Assembly (NCBI RefSeq): GCF_009834535.1
Contig: NC_045697.1
Coordinates: 71,054,001 to 71,118,000 of the forward strand
Reading direction: 5' to 3'
Source of the DNA: Camelus ferus
Taxonomy: Eukaryota
DNA: 64,000 nt
The notes beneath the pieces are model-generated. The model was not told the DNA's origin. It did not search any database and saw only the letters and a list, made by a program, of their open reading frames with translations. The first letter of the stretch is position 1, and the number at the start of each line of letters is the position of its first letter. The translations under genes were made by a program, and so were the position numbers. Shown one piece after another: positions 26,986-41,240 of the stretch.

Positions 26986-28698
26986 GTCAGTACAACTAAA
27001 CAGACCTATGCTTTTGACCCTGTCTTAGCACACTCAGCTCTCATTCCACAGGGGTCATGTGTGGGGGAGATACACATTAGAAAGGCAACTTCTTTTGATG
27101 CTAATTTCAGGTTGGTGTGAGATGAGAATTTCCCACATTTGAAAGGATAATATTGAAGTGATTGTTTGATAGAGTCTAGCAGAGAGGGATGAATCTAAGA
27201 AAAGTGATAAAGAGAAAATTTATTTGTACAGTTGGATGTGGCTATTGCTCAGACCTTGTGCACTTCAGCTTTCAGATAAAGGATTTATTCCAAAGTCCTG
27301 ATATTTGGGAACATTCACTATTTTGATATTAAACATCAGGGAGAAAGTGATCACCACATTGAGGTACCCACATTTAGGTACCCAAGAGGATGGAGGGTGG
27401 GGTCAGGGCATCACAGAGAAGGAAGGCTACCTCTGTGAGATGGTAAGAGAAAAGTACAGCCAGGTAACCTTCACACTGTGTGACGCCATGGCCCCCACCT
27501 TCCATCCTCTTGGATACCAAAGACACTGGTGTCCAAAGAGAATCAAGTACAAGGGCCAGCTAACGAGGCAAACCATTGGCTTGGTTGCTCCCAGCCTCCA
27601 GCTCCCCATGAGGCGAGATCCTTTCATCTCCAATATCACCTGGTTTCAACAGCATTTCTAGAAGAATTAGGCTTTGACAAGCTCTATTATACTTTCAAGG
27701 CAAGCTCATTCTTCACCAACATACCCCTGCTTCCCACATTCCCTGGCTTCCCATGATCTGTTTCTTATTCCCAATGGAACACTGCTGGTGGGCAGGGTAC
27801 TCAACAAGGAGCCAGCTCTGAAAGACCTATGATATTGAAAAAGCACCAAAAACACAGGAGCACAGTATGGGTAATAAAAGCACTCCTAGTCTCTATGAAA
27901 ATATCCATCCATCTGGATGAACATGAAAAAAATGATTATTACCAGAATTGTACGTATTTCCATCAGAATGTATAGTTGTGGCATTTAATGAAATCAATAC
28001 ATCAAAGATAGCGAAATAAAACACAAGGGTTTTTCCTGGACCATGGCTACTACCCTCATCCATTAGCGCCCTGCTGTGCTACCACATGCTGGTTATTTTC
28101 CCAGTGAGATGCAGTCCCTCCATCTGTTTTCATATTGGACAAGCAAGAACTACCAGTTACACTGAGAAGTCAAATCTCTTTGTTGAGAAAGTGGTGAGAT
28201 TGTCATTATCTTCTTTCTTTCTCTAAGCGAGGTGACCAAGTGGTTTTGAATGTGGCTGTTCCAACATCCTCAATACAACCAAATGATGCAAGAGGGACCA
28301 ACAACTTGCGATGCTCACATTTATTACTTTTCTCTCTTCTACTATCAGGAAATACATAAATTATGCCTAAATAACCAACTACTAAGTAATTCCTAGGCAA
28401 ACCATTACTTTTGAGTAATTGCCTTTTAATATTGCTTTCCCCGGCCACCGCTCAGGGCCTCTTAAACCCACGGTAAATAAAAATTTATTGGAAATGATTC
28501 TCACACATGAGTGGTGCCAACAACTTTTGATCTAAGTCTTCTGAAGAGGAGGACAGAATTTTGATGAGGGAAACAGAAAATAACATACAGAAAGGATTTG
28601 TCTTTATTTCTTAGGAAAGAAAATAACTTTTATTTCTAATATTAATGCTAGAGAGCTAGTTACTAACTTTTGAGATCACAAACTTAGGGGGTTTAAGT

Positions 28699-28798
28699 TA
28701 TAAATATAAATATAAATATAAATATAAATATAAATATAAATATAAATAAATATAAATATAAATATAAATATAAATATAAATAGTGTGTGTGTGTGTGT
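28699..28798. repeat. Compound microsatellite (TATAAA)13 with one 4-nt interruption, then (GT)8
   Basis: Direct reading of the sequence. Confidence 0.95.
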
Positions 28799-31700
28799 GG
28801 AGAAGGAATTATTTGGAGATTAGTGGTCAGTGCAGCAATTAGGGAGTCATTAAACAAGTTCGAGACGTTACTCACTGTAAGATTACAGCTAAGTGGTGCT
28901 AAAGAGAAACAGCAATAAATAGCAGGGGCAGTAACAAGGGGTTCTTTGTAGTTAGCTGGGAAAGCTCTTGGGATCGACCGACTGGACAATGAAGCAGTCA
29001 CAGGGCGAGTCTAAGAGTCCCTGGCACACTGCTAAGGAGAGAAGACAATGGCTAGCACACTGAGGACAGACAGCCCCTTGAGAAAATAACGTCTGAGGAC
29101 GGAAGACAAGTTGGAAAGATAACCACAACTGGGAACAAGCCTATGCCATGCATCTCCTGACTGCCAGAAACGGCGGTAACTCTCTGTTGAGAGAGGACAG
29201 GTGTTCAAAACAACAACAATGCGTATAGTATATGTAATCAAGTATGCATGTTTAATTCAGTGACTCTGCAAGTAAGTATACCCATATTATAATTTAATCA
29301 TTTTCCAAAGAATTCCATTGTTTTAAAATTCACATTGGCCACTAAATTGCTACATTAGAAAATGTAAAGAATAGACAGTACCGAACATATTAGGATGAAG
29401 TCCCAGTGTAATCGCTATACAGTTGGTAGCTTGAAAAGAACTCTGATAAAGCTGTCACCCTGAGTGGAAGGCATATCAACAAATGTAAAATAAAATATAT
29501 ACTTTCACATAAGACTATATAGAATAGCGTTGAATTAATGCTCAAACTTATACACATTTGGCCCTGTCTACTTGCCTAGATAGAAAGAAATCATCAAAGA
29601 ACATCATTGGGTCAACTTTTGACTGATATTAAGCAAAAACTTTATAATGTCATAGAATTCCAGATTAAAAACGTTTCTAGAAATTAGAGTGCCAGGGGAC
29701 AGAGGAGTAAGTTTTCAAAAACAAACAGATCAACAACAACAAAAAAATCAGTCAAACAAACTGCAGAAGAAAATAGATTTTTGATGGACCAGTATTTCAC
29801 AATTGCAACAATACCATGATTTAGAAGTCAAGTGCTTTTAATTCTTGACTCACTATTAATTTTCTATAAAGGCCTTTTAGTTCCTCCAAAAGACTGACTT
29901 TTATCATCTTGGAAGACTTGCATGAAGTAGAATAACTTCCTCTACAAGATTTTCCAGTTCACGCTAAACTAACAGATTGTAATTTGTCTTTCAGAAAAGA
30001 CATTACTGAATTGCTAAGCAATTTTCACCATTAGAGTTCCACTCTACTTTCAGCTTCATTTACTTCAACCCAGTATTTTTTTTCCGTAATAGCCACATTT
30101 TTCCAAGACAATAAAATTTCTAATGTTAAGGAACTAACATTATGTCTAATTCTCAGCATGAGGGGATTAACTTACTGAATTTATTGGTTTGGTTTTTGAA
30201 TCCTTTATCTGCTACAGCTTTTTCTTTTCCAAAATCTGCAATTTTGCAGAGAACGATCTTGCATTTAGAGGTTTTGTTAGAGGTTAAACACAGTAGGGAC
30301 CACAAGTACATATCTGTTTCCCCACATTGATAATTCAGGCTTACGTAACTTGAGTGGATAAGTTCAAGTACAAACCACCCAGCCAGAATATGTGTGGTTC
30401 ATTAGCAGAATGTGTCAACTTCGGAAAGCAGGCAATTACTGAGATACAAGTGAGCTTTATTACAGCATTCACCATACATCTAGAAATCTTCATCAACTGT
30501 TAAATAAATTAACCCAGAAAAAAATAACAGGGGTCTAATTCACCAAAGAGGAACACTTCAAAACAATTAATATTTTCCTTACAATGAATATTATTTTTCA
30601 AATGTTAAACATGTATTAGGTAATTTATAAAACAAAAAATATAAATTCTTTAATAGGGCACACAGTTTGATAGTATAAAACAATAATAGCACTAGTATAG
30701 ATTAATAACAAGAATTTCAAACACTTCCTTTATATTTATGATGCTATTTTAAAATATAAACAAACATTTAGCCAGTGTTAATGAGAAAAGTAACATAACA
30801 ATTGAAAAAACAAGAATGGAATACACTGTAGATTAGGAAAGATAATAAAATCAAAACAATTCAGTACTAAATATAAATACTTCATGACTCCCTTAAAACT
30901 CGGTTTATAACTATGCTTAGATGGAAAGAAACTAGAATAGTCTGCATTTTAAAACTATTTTATAGCATGACCAAGCATACACAGAACTATGGTATACCTA
31001 CAGTGTATCCCAATCAATAGAAAAATTAAATACTGAAGCATTTTTTCCATTGTAAAGATGAGTATTCTCACCACTGAGATTATTTTTTATTTTGTTTACT
31101 GGAAGAACTTAATTTATTGAATAAGAATGTATTTGTTCCATCTATTATCACTACTTTTCCATTTCAGCACCAAACCTGATTTTAACAAGATGCCTAACCA
31201 TTAAAGATTCATAATAGCATGAAATTAGTCACAGTCATGGCTGTGACACCTATAGATCATAACAATGAGTGAGTATGTACAGTGCTTACAGCGTTATGTA
31301 GTTAAATTTAGTCCTCACTCTGTTCTGTGTCTAGGTTTGAATGGTTCAACTACTGGTTACTTGATACGTGGATTTATTTACAGTATGTAGTTCACGAACC
31401 CTTGATTGTCATCACCAGGCAATCAAGAGGACTGGATGAATTATGAGATTTCAGCTAAATATAAACAAATTTGATAACGTATGTACTTATGTGTATTTAT
31501 TGATAAATAAGATTGTTCTCTTCAGTTTTTGAAATACTGCTGCCAAGTTTCAAATTCCACGAACCCCCTCCAAGACCCTGAAAGCTGGACTCTCATTTTG
31601 GGAACCAGATGTGGGGGTTACAGATCTATGCCTTAGCCTTCTCATCTTGCGCCTTCCAAACCTGTATTCCTGGAGCTTTTTAAATTTTAAAACTGTCTGG

Positions 31701-34700
31701 TAGCTGTGGCCACAGTACCCTTTCAGTTCTGGCACTTTCCCGGACGTGCTATTTCTTCCTGGCTGAGAGGCAGTAGAGTGTAATGGTTAAGAACACGGTC
31801 TATGAAGCTCAACTGCTCAGTCTCAGAAGTGCTGTTTGTGAGTTTTGTATATGTGTATTCCTCCTGACAGACCTTAGTCAGTAAGCTGGGGCTTTTTACT
31901 TAATCATTTTCTTATTAATTCTCCCTGAATCAGCTTTGCCATCTCAAGAAAGCATGGGCTTTTCCCATCTGCTGTTCCCACTCTCCTTACACAGTCACAC
32001 TCTATTCTTTTTCACTACAATTCTTTAGGCTTTGATCATGTTGCCCTGTAAATCTCCACTTGTCTAACTCGAAAAAAATACTTAATCTTTGTAGGAAGCC
32101 TCAGATGCCTCATCTATAAGGAGCTTCATAATACACCTCTTAAAAATAAGTGTTGTTTCAATTAAATGAAATAATATAAGGGAGAAAAGAGCTCAGCACA
32201 CTCACTGTGGCACATGGAATGCCTGACACAAGATGAAAGGGTAGCTGTGGTGGCTGTTCCGGAAGTCAGCTCCCTAAGAAACAGCTTTGCCAGATTTAGA
32301 TAGATGGTCTAAGGATCTGTAGTCAATGTGGACATAAATAAAACATACAAAAATTGTTTTATTTTCTTCCACTATTCCTCCAAATGCATGGTATCATATG
32401 TTGAAAGCTGTTAAGGTTGAAATCAAATACACCAGGTCTCATGCTCCGCAATTTCCATTTGCTACGAGCGAAAATGCCTCCAAATGGCTTTAGTGATATT
32501 ACCACCCTTTTGGAGAGCAGCAGCATGACGAGCTTCCAGTCAGTCTCATTTTCTTTTGTAGCAAAGCTCATTTACAAGAGCGCTCTGCTCCTTCGCTGTG
32601 TAACGATAGTCATGTTTTAAAAGCCGAAAGTGACTTAGTAAATAGAAGAAATGTAAGGTATTTCACCAAATGGATTTAAAAAAAAAACTCTTCTTAGATT
32701 TCTGGAAAACTCAGTTAAGAAAAATCTTCTAAGTAGGACAAAAGTGAGTCACCTCTTGTACTTATGGTACTCTTCAAATTCTGACAATTTAAAAGATTAT
32801 TTTGTTTTTAATATTTCAAAAACTTAAGGAGAGCAAGCTAATGATATTTAATTCTAAAGTCCACATAGTTATCACTAGTTTGACAATTACAGGCAGTGGG
32901 AATATTAGTACAAGGGTTTCTGCCCATCGTTGACTTTCAAGTAGTCGGTTCTATTTATGTCTGCTAGTAATAAGTGCTATTCCTAAAAGATAATACTCAA
33001 ATGAGCTGATGGGGAGAAGGATTAAGCTGATTATATGCTACCATTTCATCAGTAAAAATGTTTGTTTGTTGTAGGAGGCATATTTGGAAATGGCATTTTT
33101 AATTCTTAATTGAGCAATTATTGAAAAAATATATGAACCACACAGACATGTTAGAACACACTCATTTGAAAGTTAGTTAAGAAAAAAATATCTCCTGGAA
33201 AATAATTCTGACAAATGCAATAAGCCTATTTTTTAATTCTGCCAAGATTTCCTTAATATATCTATCCTTTTCCTGTCTATCTTTCATTAAGCAGATATTC
33301 CAGAATATCTGGAAAAAAATGAATAAAACATTGAAACACATTTACTAAATGCACTGTATTAAAGTAATAAATAAATAACATCAAAGATTAATTTTTACTT
33401 GTGTTCAATTATACTGGGACAATGATGAAATAGAAGGCATGGAACTCAGTCTCAAGGACTTTAGGGCATACTTGAGTAGACATACATACACAAAATGGTA
33501 TTAAAAATTATTGGCTTCCTGACATCAGAGTATTTCCCTCTACATCCTGAAACTTCTGAACACTGACTCATAGTCAAGAAAGATGGGTTTAAGACTTAGG
33601 TCTCCCATACGGGCAAGTCATTTCATTGTCTGTTTACTATCTGTCAAATTTCTTAACAGAGGGAGGAACATATATGGTTTTTCTAAAAATAAATGTCAAA
33701 TTACAGATACTTCATATTTACTTTTAGTAATGATGTTTTTAGTTTGAAATTTCAAGTTATAGTAAAAAAAGGTTTAAGATTGTTCTGTTTATCCAGAAGG
33801 GGCATCAATTTAAAATGTTCAAAACTTGTACTACGTTATTTAAAATTTCTATGTCAGAACTAATATTCACTCAATTGAAGACTTCTCATATAGAGCTGAT
33901 TATATTCCATCCACAGTGATACAAACCAACAATTTTGTTCATCTTTGTGATATAAGCAGGGGTTACAATTACCCAAACTGACTGAAATCATAGCATCAAG
34001 AAAGTCTTTGTAGATTCTCAACATTTACATATGTGCTTGTCTCCAATTTGAACATTCATCACGTCTCATGTTTCTTGTTTCTTCAGCATTTGACACATAT
34101 CCAATTAAGTTATGCAAAAATCATGTTTTCCTAACATGTTATATATGGCGTATAGGTGAGTGATTGTGGCAAATTAATGCAGGTGTTTGGAAAACAGAGA
34201 ATACCTGCTGATAACTCATGATAACTTGTGATTCATTTGTAATCATAGTTTTAAATTTAGTTTAATTCTCATCAATTAAAAATGATGAATGTTTGTTATA
34301 TATTTGAATTGCTAAAAAGACCAATCAGAATTATCAACCAACTCTTTTTCTTTCCCTTGACAAAATACAAAACAAGACAAAACAAAACAACCCTGAATAA
34401 CATGTTCATAATGTGTTTGGTAGGTTATTAAACTAGGTGATTTTTACTAGGAAAAAGTTTGTTTTATAAAATCACATAATTTCAGGTTGCATTTCCTCAT
34501 TTCATTAAATTTCCCAGAAATCTCTCCATCTTCTATATTCCTTGTTTAATGTATTTTAAACAAAATTTAAATTCTTAATATATAAGCTGTCTTTAAATAT
34601 GAAACCTCTTTGTTATTAGTCATGTCACAAATTGAACTACATTTTACAAAATAACACTTGGGTTCTCCTATCATGGTTTGACACTTTTTATAGGGAGTCA

Positions 34701-34842
34701 TAGTTCAGACAGGACAAATCATCTATAATCCTAAATAATGGCTAACTTCATATTTTGGGATATTTTATTCAGCCTTAGTTAGCAGGTAGTAAGTACCTCC
34801 TATGTGATAGGTACTATGGACAATTGAAAACTAGTCATTATT

Positions 34843-35183
34843 AACACTATATGATACCACTTATATGTGGAATCTAAAAAAAAAAAAAAGACACAAATTA
34901 ACTTATTTACAAAACAGAAACAGACTCACAGACAGAAAACAAACTTATGGTTACCGGGGGAAAAGGGAGTAGGAAATTCAAAATTTGTAGATATTAACGA
35001 CTACATATAAAATAAACAACAAGTTTCTACTGTACAGCACAGGGAATTACATTCAACATCTTGTAGTAACCTATAATGAAAAAGAACATGAAAAGGAATA
35101 TACATATGCATATGTATGACTGAAACATTATGCTGTGTACCAGAAATTGACAACACTGTACACTGACCATACTTCAATGAAAC
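34843..35183 (+). mobile_element. 5'-truncated LINE-1 3' end (artiodactyl/camelid type)
   Basis: ATGATACCACTTATATGTGGAATCTAAAA...ACAGACTCACAGAC..AAACAAACTTATGGTTACC...ATACTTCAAT is typical L1 3'UTR. Flanked by direct repeat AGTCATTATT (34833-34842, 35184-35193). Confidence 0.85.
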
Positions 35184-35864
35184 AGTCATTATTCTTTCAA
35201 ACTTATATAAATGTGAAATAATTAAAGCATAAGATATAATTTTATGCTAAAGGAATATAAATACAATTAATTCCCTTAAGAAATATAAAGTATCCTTGGG
35301 ATATAAGACTTACACATATGAGTAGGGACAAATGGGGCTTCTAACTGATTAACTGCTACAGATTTGACCTTTCAGCAACAAGAAGACACTCTGAATTTTG
35401 ACCAAGGGCTTCACTCTGTGGCCTCTGGACATATGAAATGTGAATGGCTAAAAAAGTTTCAGAGGGGTCTAGTCCCAAGACTCCCTAACACTTCCAATGT
35501 CACAGAACTAGAGAAAGGAATAAAATTGGACTCCACTCTCTGTGTCCTACGGCTGTTTCCTGGTGAGTGTTTAGAAGCTAAAAACATGAGGCTTGAAATG
35601 TTTGCTGAGGCCGGCATGGCCAGTATGTCCTTTCCTTCTGTTTCATGAATAAGTAATTTTCCTCTCGGCAGTGCTGAGTCATCCTGGCCATTTTCAACCT
35701 TGCCTTTGCTTAGAGTAAGACCCTGCAAAGACTAGTGTGGCTGAGCTCACACATTGTCTTCAAATTTGTTCTGCAGAGCCAAAGGGTACATGAGGATTGT
35801 TAAGGGTCATTATTACGACAAGCTCTAATTTTATCATTTTTATCCCTTGGAGGTCCATGAAAGG

Positions 35865-35868
35865 TCTC

Positions 35869-35940
<72 letters not shown>
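35865..35940. repeat. Compound microsatellite (TC)n(TG)n
   Basis: Direct reading of the sequence. Confidence 0.95.
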
Positions 35941-35941
<1 letters not shown>

Positions 35942-38900
35942 TGGGGTAAAGGTTAAAGCTGGATTCTGCTGCTTAAAACTTGTTTATGAATACTACTGAA
36001 ATAGACAGAAGTCTTACAGAAAATCAGAAATTATGGGAATGAAGACTGGCTGATGTTATCAAATAAGACTTCACTGAAAGGAAGTAGGAAGTGACTTGCA
36101 ATGTTGATAAAATTTTTAATAAACTGAGAATAAGAGAAAGAGATCTTTAAGTTGGAAGGTGCAAATGAACCAGAATAAGGAGATTGAAAAAAAAAAAACA
36201 TTGGATTGATTAAAAGGTGTATGTGAAATAGCAAGAGATTAGAGAAGAAAGATGCCATTAGATTTTGAAGAGACTTGGATTTCAGTATGAGATGTTTTAT
36301 GGAGAAGGAGAACAGTCCCAGTCATGTAAGAAGATAAATCTGGCAGCTGTATGGAGAATTCAATGGTGTAGAAAGATTGAAAGCAAGGTTGAGTCCAATT
36401 AGAGGTTCACTGTAATAACACAGTCACCGGACAATGGGGTCTGGTATTGGGAAGGTGGCAGTGTGAAAAGGTAAAAGGGGCCAAACAGAAAGTTCTTATA
36501 CTTTTGCATGAACCATTGTAAATGAAATGAGTGAAGCCATTCATTTGTACTTTGATTCAATAAAAATCAAAGCCTCAACATTGCTACAATATCCCATCCT
36601 GTTAGATCAGAATGTAACAGAACAAGTTAGACATAATCAATGCTCCCATGCATTTAATGAGGGACACTGAACTTAGTAAGTAATAACATTGGAGCAAAAG
36701 CCATGAAGGCAGAGATTTACTTCCTTTGTTCACTGTTATATTCCTAGGACAGTGCTCCTCAGTAAATATCTCCTGAATGGATGGATGAACAGGGCAATGG
36801 GCATGGTAGACCTGGTGAAGTTTGCTGAAGGATGCACTCCTCATGACGAAACCTGGAGAAGGAAGAGGAGTTAGTCACAGCATGGCAGGGATGTGGCTCA
36901 CAGCAGAAGAAGCAACTTGTGGCAAATTTCAGCCAGTGAAAAGAGCTGTAAACCTGGAGCTGAGGTAACGAATGAAAAGAGATGAAGCTGTAAAAATTAA
37001 CAAGGGCCAGAGAATAACAGTTCTGTCATCCAAGTTATGCAGTTTGAACTTCATCCACCCAAAGAGGAGCCATTGAAGGAATTTGGGCAAGAGAAAGCTA
37101 TTCTAACTGACCTCTGGTGAGTCACTCCACCTCTCTAAGCCTCAAGTCCCTAGTGTACAGAGCAAGGACGATGATTGGATGAGGAGGTCGCTGCAGTAAC
37201 TGGCCCAGGCCAGCGACTCAGGGTAGGGTAAGCGCCCTCTCTCTGTGACACCCCAGCTCTCTTCAGCTCCACCTGATGGAAGCCCCCCCACCCCATCCCC
37301 ACTTCTCAATAAATGACTACAATAATACTTCCAAGTTAAAATATCAGAAGCATCAGTCTGCATAAAGAGTTCTGTATATCTTATATTAAAAGCTACCTTC
37401 TTTTATTTAATGCTAGGTAATGGGTAGCTGACGTTCCCAGCTTTACATCTGGGGATGTAACGTGCAAGCAAGGTCATGCTGCTTTCTTGTTCCCCTCTTT
37501 TCCCACAACATGACTGAATCAGAAAAAAATAACTGCAGAAATATTTAAAATAGAAATTACATATGAATAAATTATACAGAAATTACTATTTTGGTGTTGA
37601 GTTGCATGTTTTTATTTCCATGCTTTTGAATTTCCATCATTTATAAAGGCCCTTAACTGACATTCATTATTAAAGTAGTTAAACTTTCACGTGCTTCTGA
37701 ATTATTAATTGATGCACACAATGCTGTCCACTGTTTGTACATACAATATATTTAAAATGAAACAAAGCTTCAAAGATAGCAACGAAGTCTAAATCTTATC
37801 AGCACAGAAGTGGGAGAGTATATTTCACCACAGAAACTTTAAGCCACATGAAGGATCTGCTCCTAAGATCTTGGAAAATCCTGTAATTCACGAATATTAC
37901 TAAGCATGTTATTTTCCCATAAATAAAGTCAGTAAGCACTGACTTCAGGCATAAATGAATCTGGGCTTAAACGAAGCCTCCCCAAGTTTCACTCTCATAT
38001 CAGCTTCTCTCTGCACATGGGTCTTATTTTCTGCAACTGAAGTTAAGCCTTACTCCAAGCATCCTCCAAATTGCACCCTGTCAGCATGCTGACTTAAGAG
38101 GTGGATCCACCAACCCAGCAAAACAGCCCTGGAGTCCTGCATCATGTGCCCCCTCCCATTAATAAAGTCTATCATCAAAAGGAATGGGGGTGGGAAAAAT
38201 ATTCCAGCATTCTAGGCAACCACAAACTGGGGTTTGTGCATTAAAAAAAAAAGATTAAATTCTTCTATTTTGGTTTAACTCAAAAATCATCTCAGTAGGC
38301 TTCTGAGTGCCTTTGGTCGAGTTCTAAGTTCTCATTTGAGCAATGTTAGCAAGAACTGGAAAACTCACTGAAATAGTGAAATGTTCACTTTATCTGGTAT
38401 GTGACCAGAACTTCCGATGGACTTACATATAGTGAAGACCCAAATCCCTGAGGGGTATGGCATTCTATTCTTTAGTTTGTCTAAAGCCTTTCTCTCTGGC
38501 TCCAAGTCATCACCTCATCACTTCTTACTTTCATCGGAATTGGCTGTCTTTTCACGGACATCTTTTTTTCGTTAAAAAAATATATACACATACTGGACAT
38601 ACACACACAGATATGCAGATAAACACACACAGTACTTAAAAAAGAAAGAAGCTGAAATGAAATTCAGATGCTGAGGTCTATGAGCCTAGTGCAGAAGCTA
38701 AATTAATACACGAGATGAACTGCTGTGAAAGGTCAAGTCTAGAATGTGCGAACTGTGACTGCCAAGACTCTGCTCTTCTCCTCCCGTATCCGATGATGTC
38801 TCAAATATGGGGAAAACATTTTAAGTACCATGACTCATGTCTCTGAAGATGGCAGCAAGTTTCATACAAAGATCAAGTGTTAGAAAGGCATGGAAACCTG

Positions 38901-39845
38901 GAGACGAAACAACGACATAAAAACCCACTTAGCAGATGATCTAATCTTCGTTGATTCAAATTCCTGTAAGGATTAGACAATTCTAGGTTAAGCACACTTT
39001 CCAAATTTCTCCTTCTTCAGTTGTCATTAACATGGTATTTACAAAAGACTTTTGGACTAACATACAAAAGGGATGAGTTTCTCAGTATTTCAGTCACATT
39101 GCTTCTTACTTGCATTCAGAATCCTATATTTGGGAAATCAAGACTGGTTACACTGGAAATAAGGATGGTACCGACAGACAAATGATCATGATAAACCTCC
39201 AATTATGATGCACCTTTTATTCACAGTATGTTTAAACCTTTCACACACCTAACCAACTCATACTTATCTGCCAGTGGAGCTCTCAAGAGCAGACAATGCC
39301 TAATGACCACACAGAGCAAATTCTTAGTTAAGTATTTTCATCCAGAAAACACATTCTCTTCCCCAGGAGGCTTCAGACACATCTTACATAAGCAAAATCT
39401 AACTGTGTGTGTTGGAAATTGGCCAGGCAATTGACATCTACAATGCTGCTTTTATGAAGGCTATTAAAACTATATTAACACTTCCAAGTTGTCAAGATGT
39501 TATTTATTCCACATTTGAGCAAAGGCACTACCACAAGTGAACAGGAGCCTCGGTGCCACCTTCTGGTTTACAGCTGATATCTAAGTAGGTTCAGTATCCA
39601 CAGGCCCTCTAGGATGTGCATCCAAATTTGCCCGGGAGGAAGTGAAATCTTATTTTCCCTTATCTTAGCCCAGAGGTTTAATCTCAGCTGTATCATTCAT
39701 TCACAGAAACTCCTAGTATCTACTCACTGGTCAAATCTGAAAACATCACCTGTTCTTAAAGCGCACATCCCGCCCTCCCCCATCACTGTCCTCTACTTGC
39801 TTCTGGGACACCTGGGTTTTCTGTTTTGAACTCTGTTACTAGACA

Positions 39846-40258
39846 TAATGAGTTGAATAGTGTCCCTCCCAAATTATGCTGATGTTCTAACCCTTGGTAC
39901 CTATGAATGCAACTTTATTTGGAAATAGGGTTTTTGCAGATGTAGTCAGGTTAGTATGAAGTCATACTCCGTTGGGGTGAGCCCCAATCCAACATAACTG
40001 GTGTCCTTATAAGAAGAGGAACATTTGGACAGAGACACAGAAGCCACGCAAGGACAGAGGCAGAGATGGGAGTCACGATGCCACAAGCCAAGGAAGGCCT
40101 GGGGCTACCAGAAGCTGGAAGCGACAGGCAAGGGACCTCTCTTAGAGGTTCTAGATGGCCCTGCCAGCACCCTGATTTCAGACTGCTAGCCTCCAGAGCT
40201 GTGAAACAAATTTCTGTTGTTTTAGTAGAACTCTGTTACGGCAGCCCTAGGAAATAAC
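39846..40258 (+). mobile_element. MLT1C-like solo LTR (ERVL-MaLR)
   Basis: TTATTTGGAAATAGGG..TGCAGATGTA, CTGGTGTCCTTATAAGAAGAGGA, CCACAAGCCAAGGAA, GCCTCCAGAGCTGTGA..TTTCTGTTGTTTTA..GTTACGGCAGCCCTAGGAAA. Confidence 0.85.
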
Positions 40259-40292
40259 CCTTTAGATTTATTACTCGGTGATTTGAGTTCTA

Positions 40293-40411
40293 CTCACTCA
40301 CACACACACGGACACACACACGTGCACATACACACGCACAATACACATACACACGCAGACACACACACTCACATGCACACACACTCACACATAGACATGC
40401 ACACACACACA
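40293..40411. repeat. Degenerate (CA)n tract
   Basis: Direct reading of the sequence. Confidence 0.85.
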
Positions 40412-41240
40412 AACGGACATTTTGAGTCCTTAAAATATGTCAAATATTTCTAAGCATTTTATATACTTAAGTTCAATTAATCCTCAAATAATCAGGGGAG
40501 GGGGGTGCAATCATTAATCATCATTTTCCCAATGAGGATTTGAGGAAGGGTAAGCAACCCGTCCGTGCTGGTAAGCAACGCAGGATAAGCGGAGCCGGGG
40601 TTCAGTATCCCTACCGTGGACAGGTCCCGGAACTTACAGCTGACAACAGACTCAACGTTTCTGATGTCTGTGCTGAAACTCCTAATGGAACAGTTCTTGT
40701 TTGCAACAGTTCACTCTGAAATCCTTGTTTTTAAACACAAACCAGCAAAACAGAATACCCTAAATGAATATGGTAAACACTTAGTTAGGCCTTAAAAGCA
40801 TGTTTTATGAGAAAAACAGTGGCAATTTGGTCCAGGAAACAAAATAGATTGGCACCTGATGACGGTTCCCAAGTGCCTGAGAGGCTTTCATGGACGAGAC
40901 CTCTGTCTTATTCTCTCTGTGTTTTGGAGGGCAGGATAAAGGCAAACGCATGAGGGGAAGTGAAAAGGAAGCCTATTTGTCCAACTACAACCAAGATTCA
41001 TTTCTAATAAGAAAACCATTCAGAATGGAGCTGCTGGTGTTGTCGCCCTAGAAATATTTAAGCCAAGTACAAGGTACCAAGTTGCTACTGTTATTTCATC
41101 ATATCCCTGGGTCCTTCCTTTATTTTCTTCTTTTTGATGAACGATCCTTTTCACTCGGGGCAGCTTACTTTGGGTAAACAGCTTGAACTCTGGTTCAAAC
41201 GGCAGCTACCATTAACCAATTATTAGTTTCCCAACCACTA

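Noticed and set aside
28693..29001. ORF with YL/FI dipeptide repeats, or a CRISPR-like array
   Set aside because: Translation of the (TATAAA)n microsatellite. There are no unique spacers and the context is eukaryotic.
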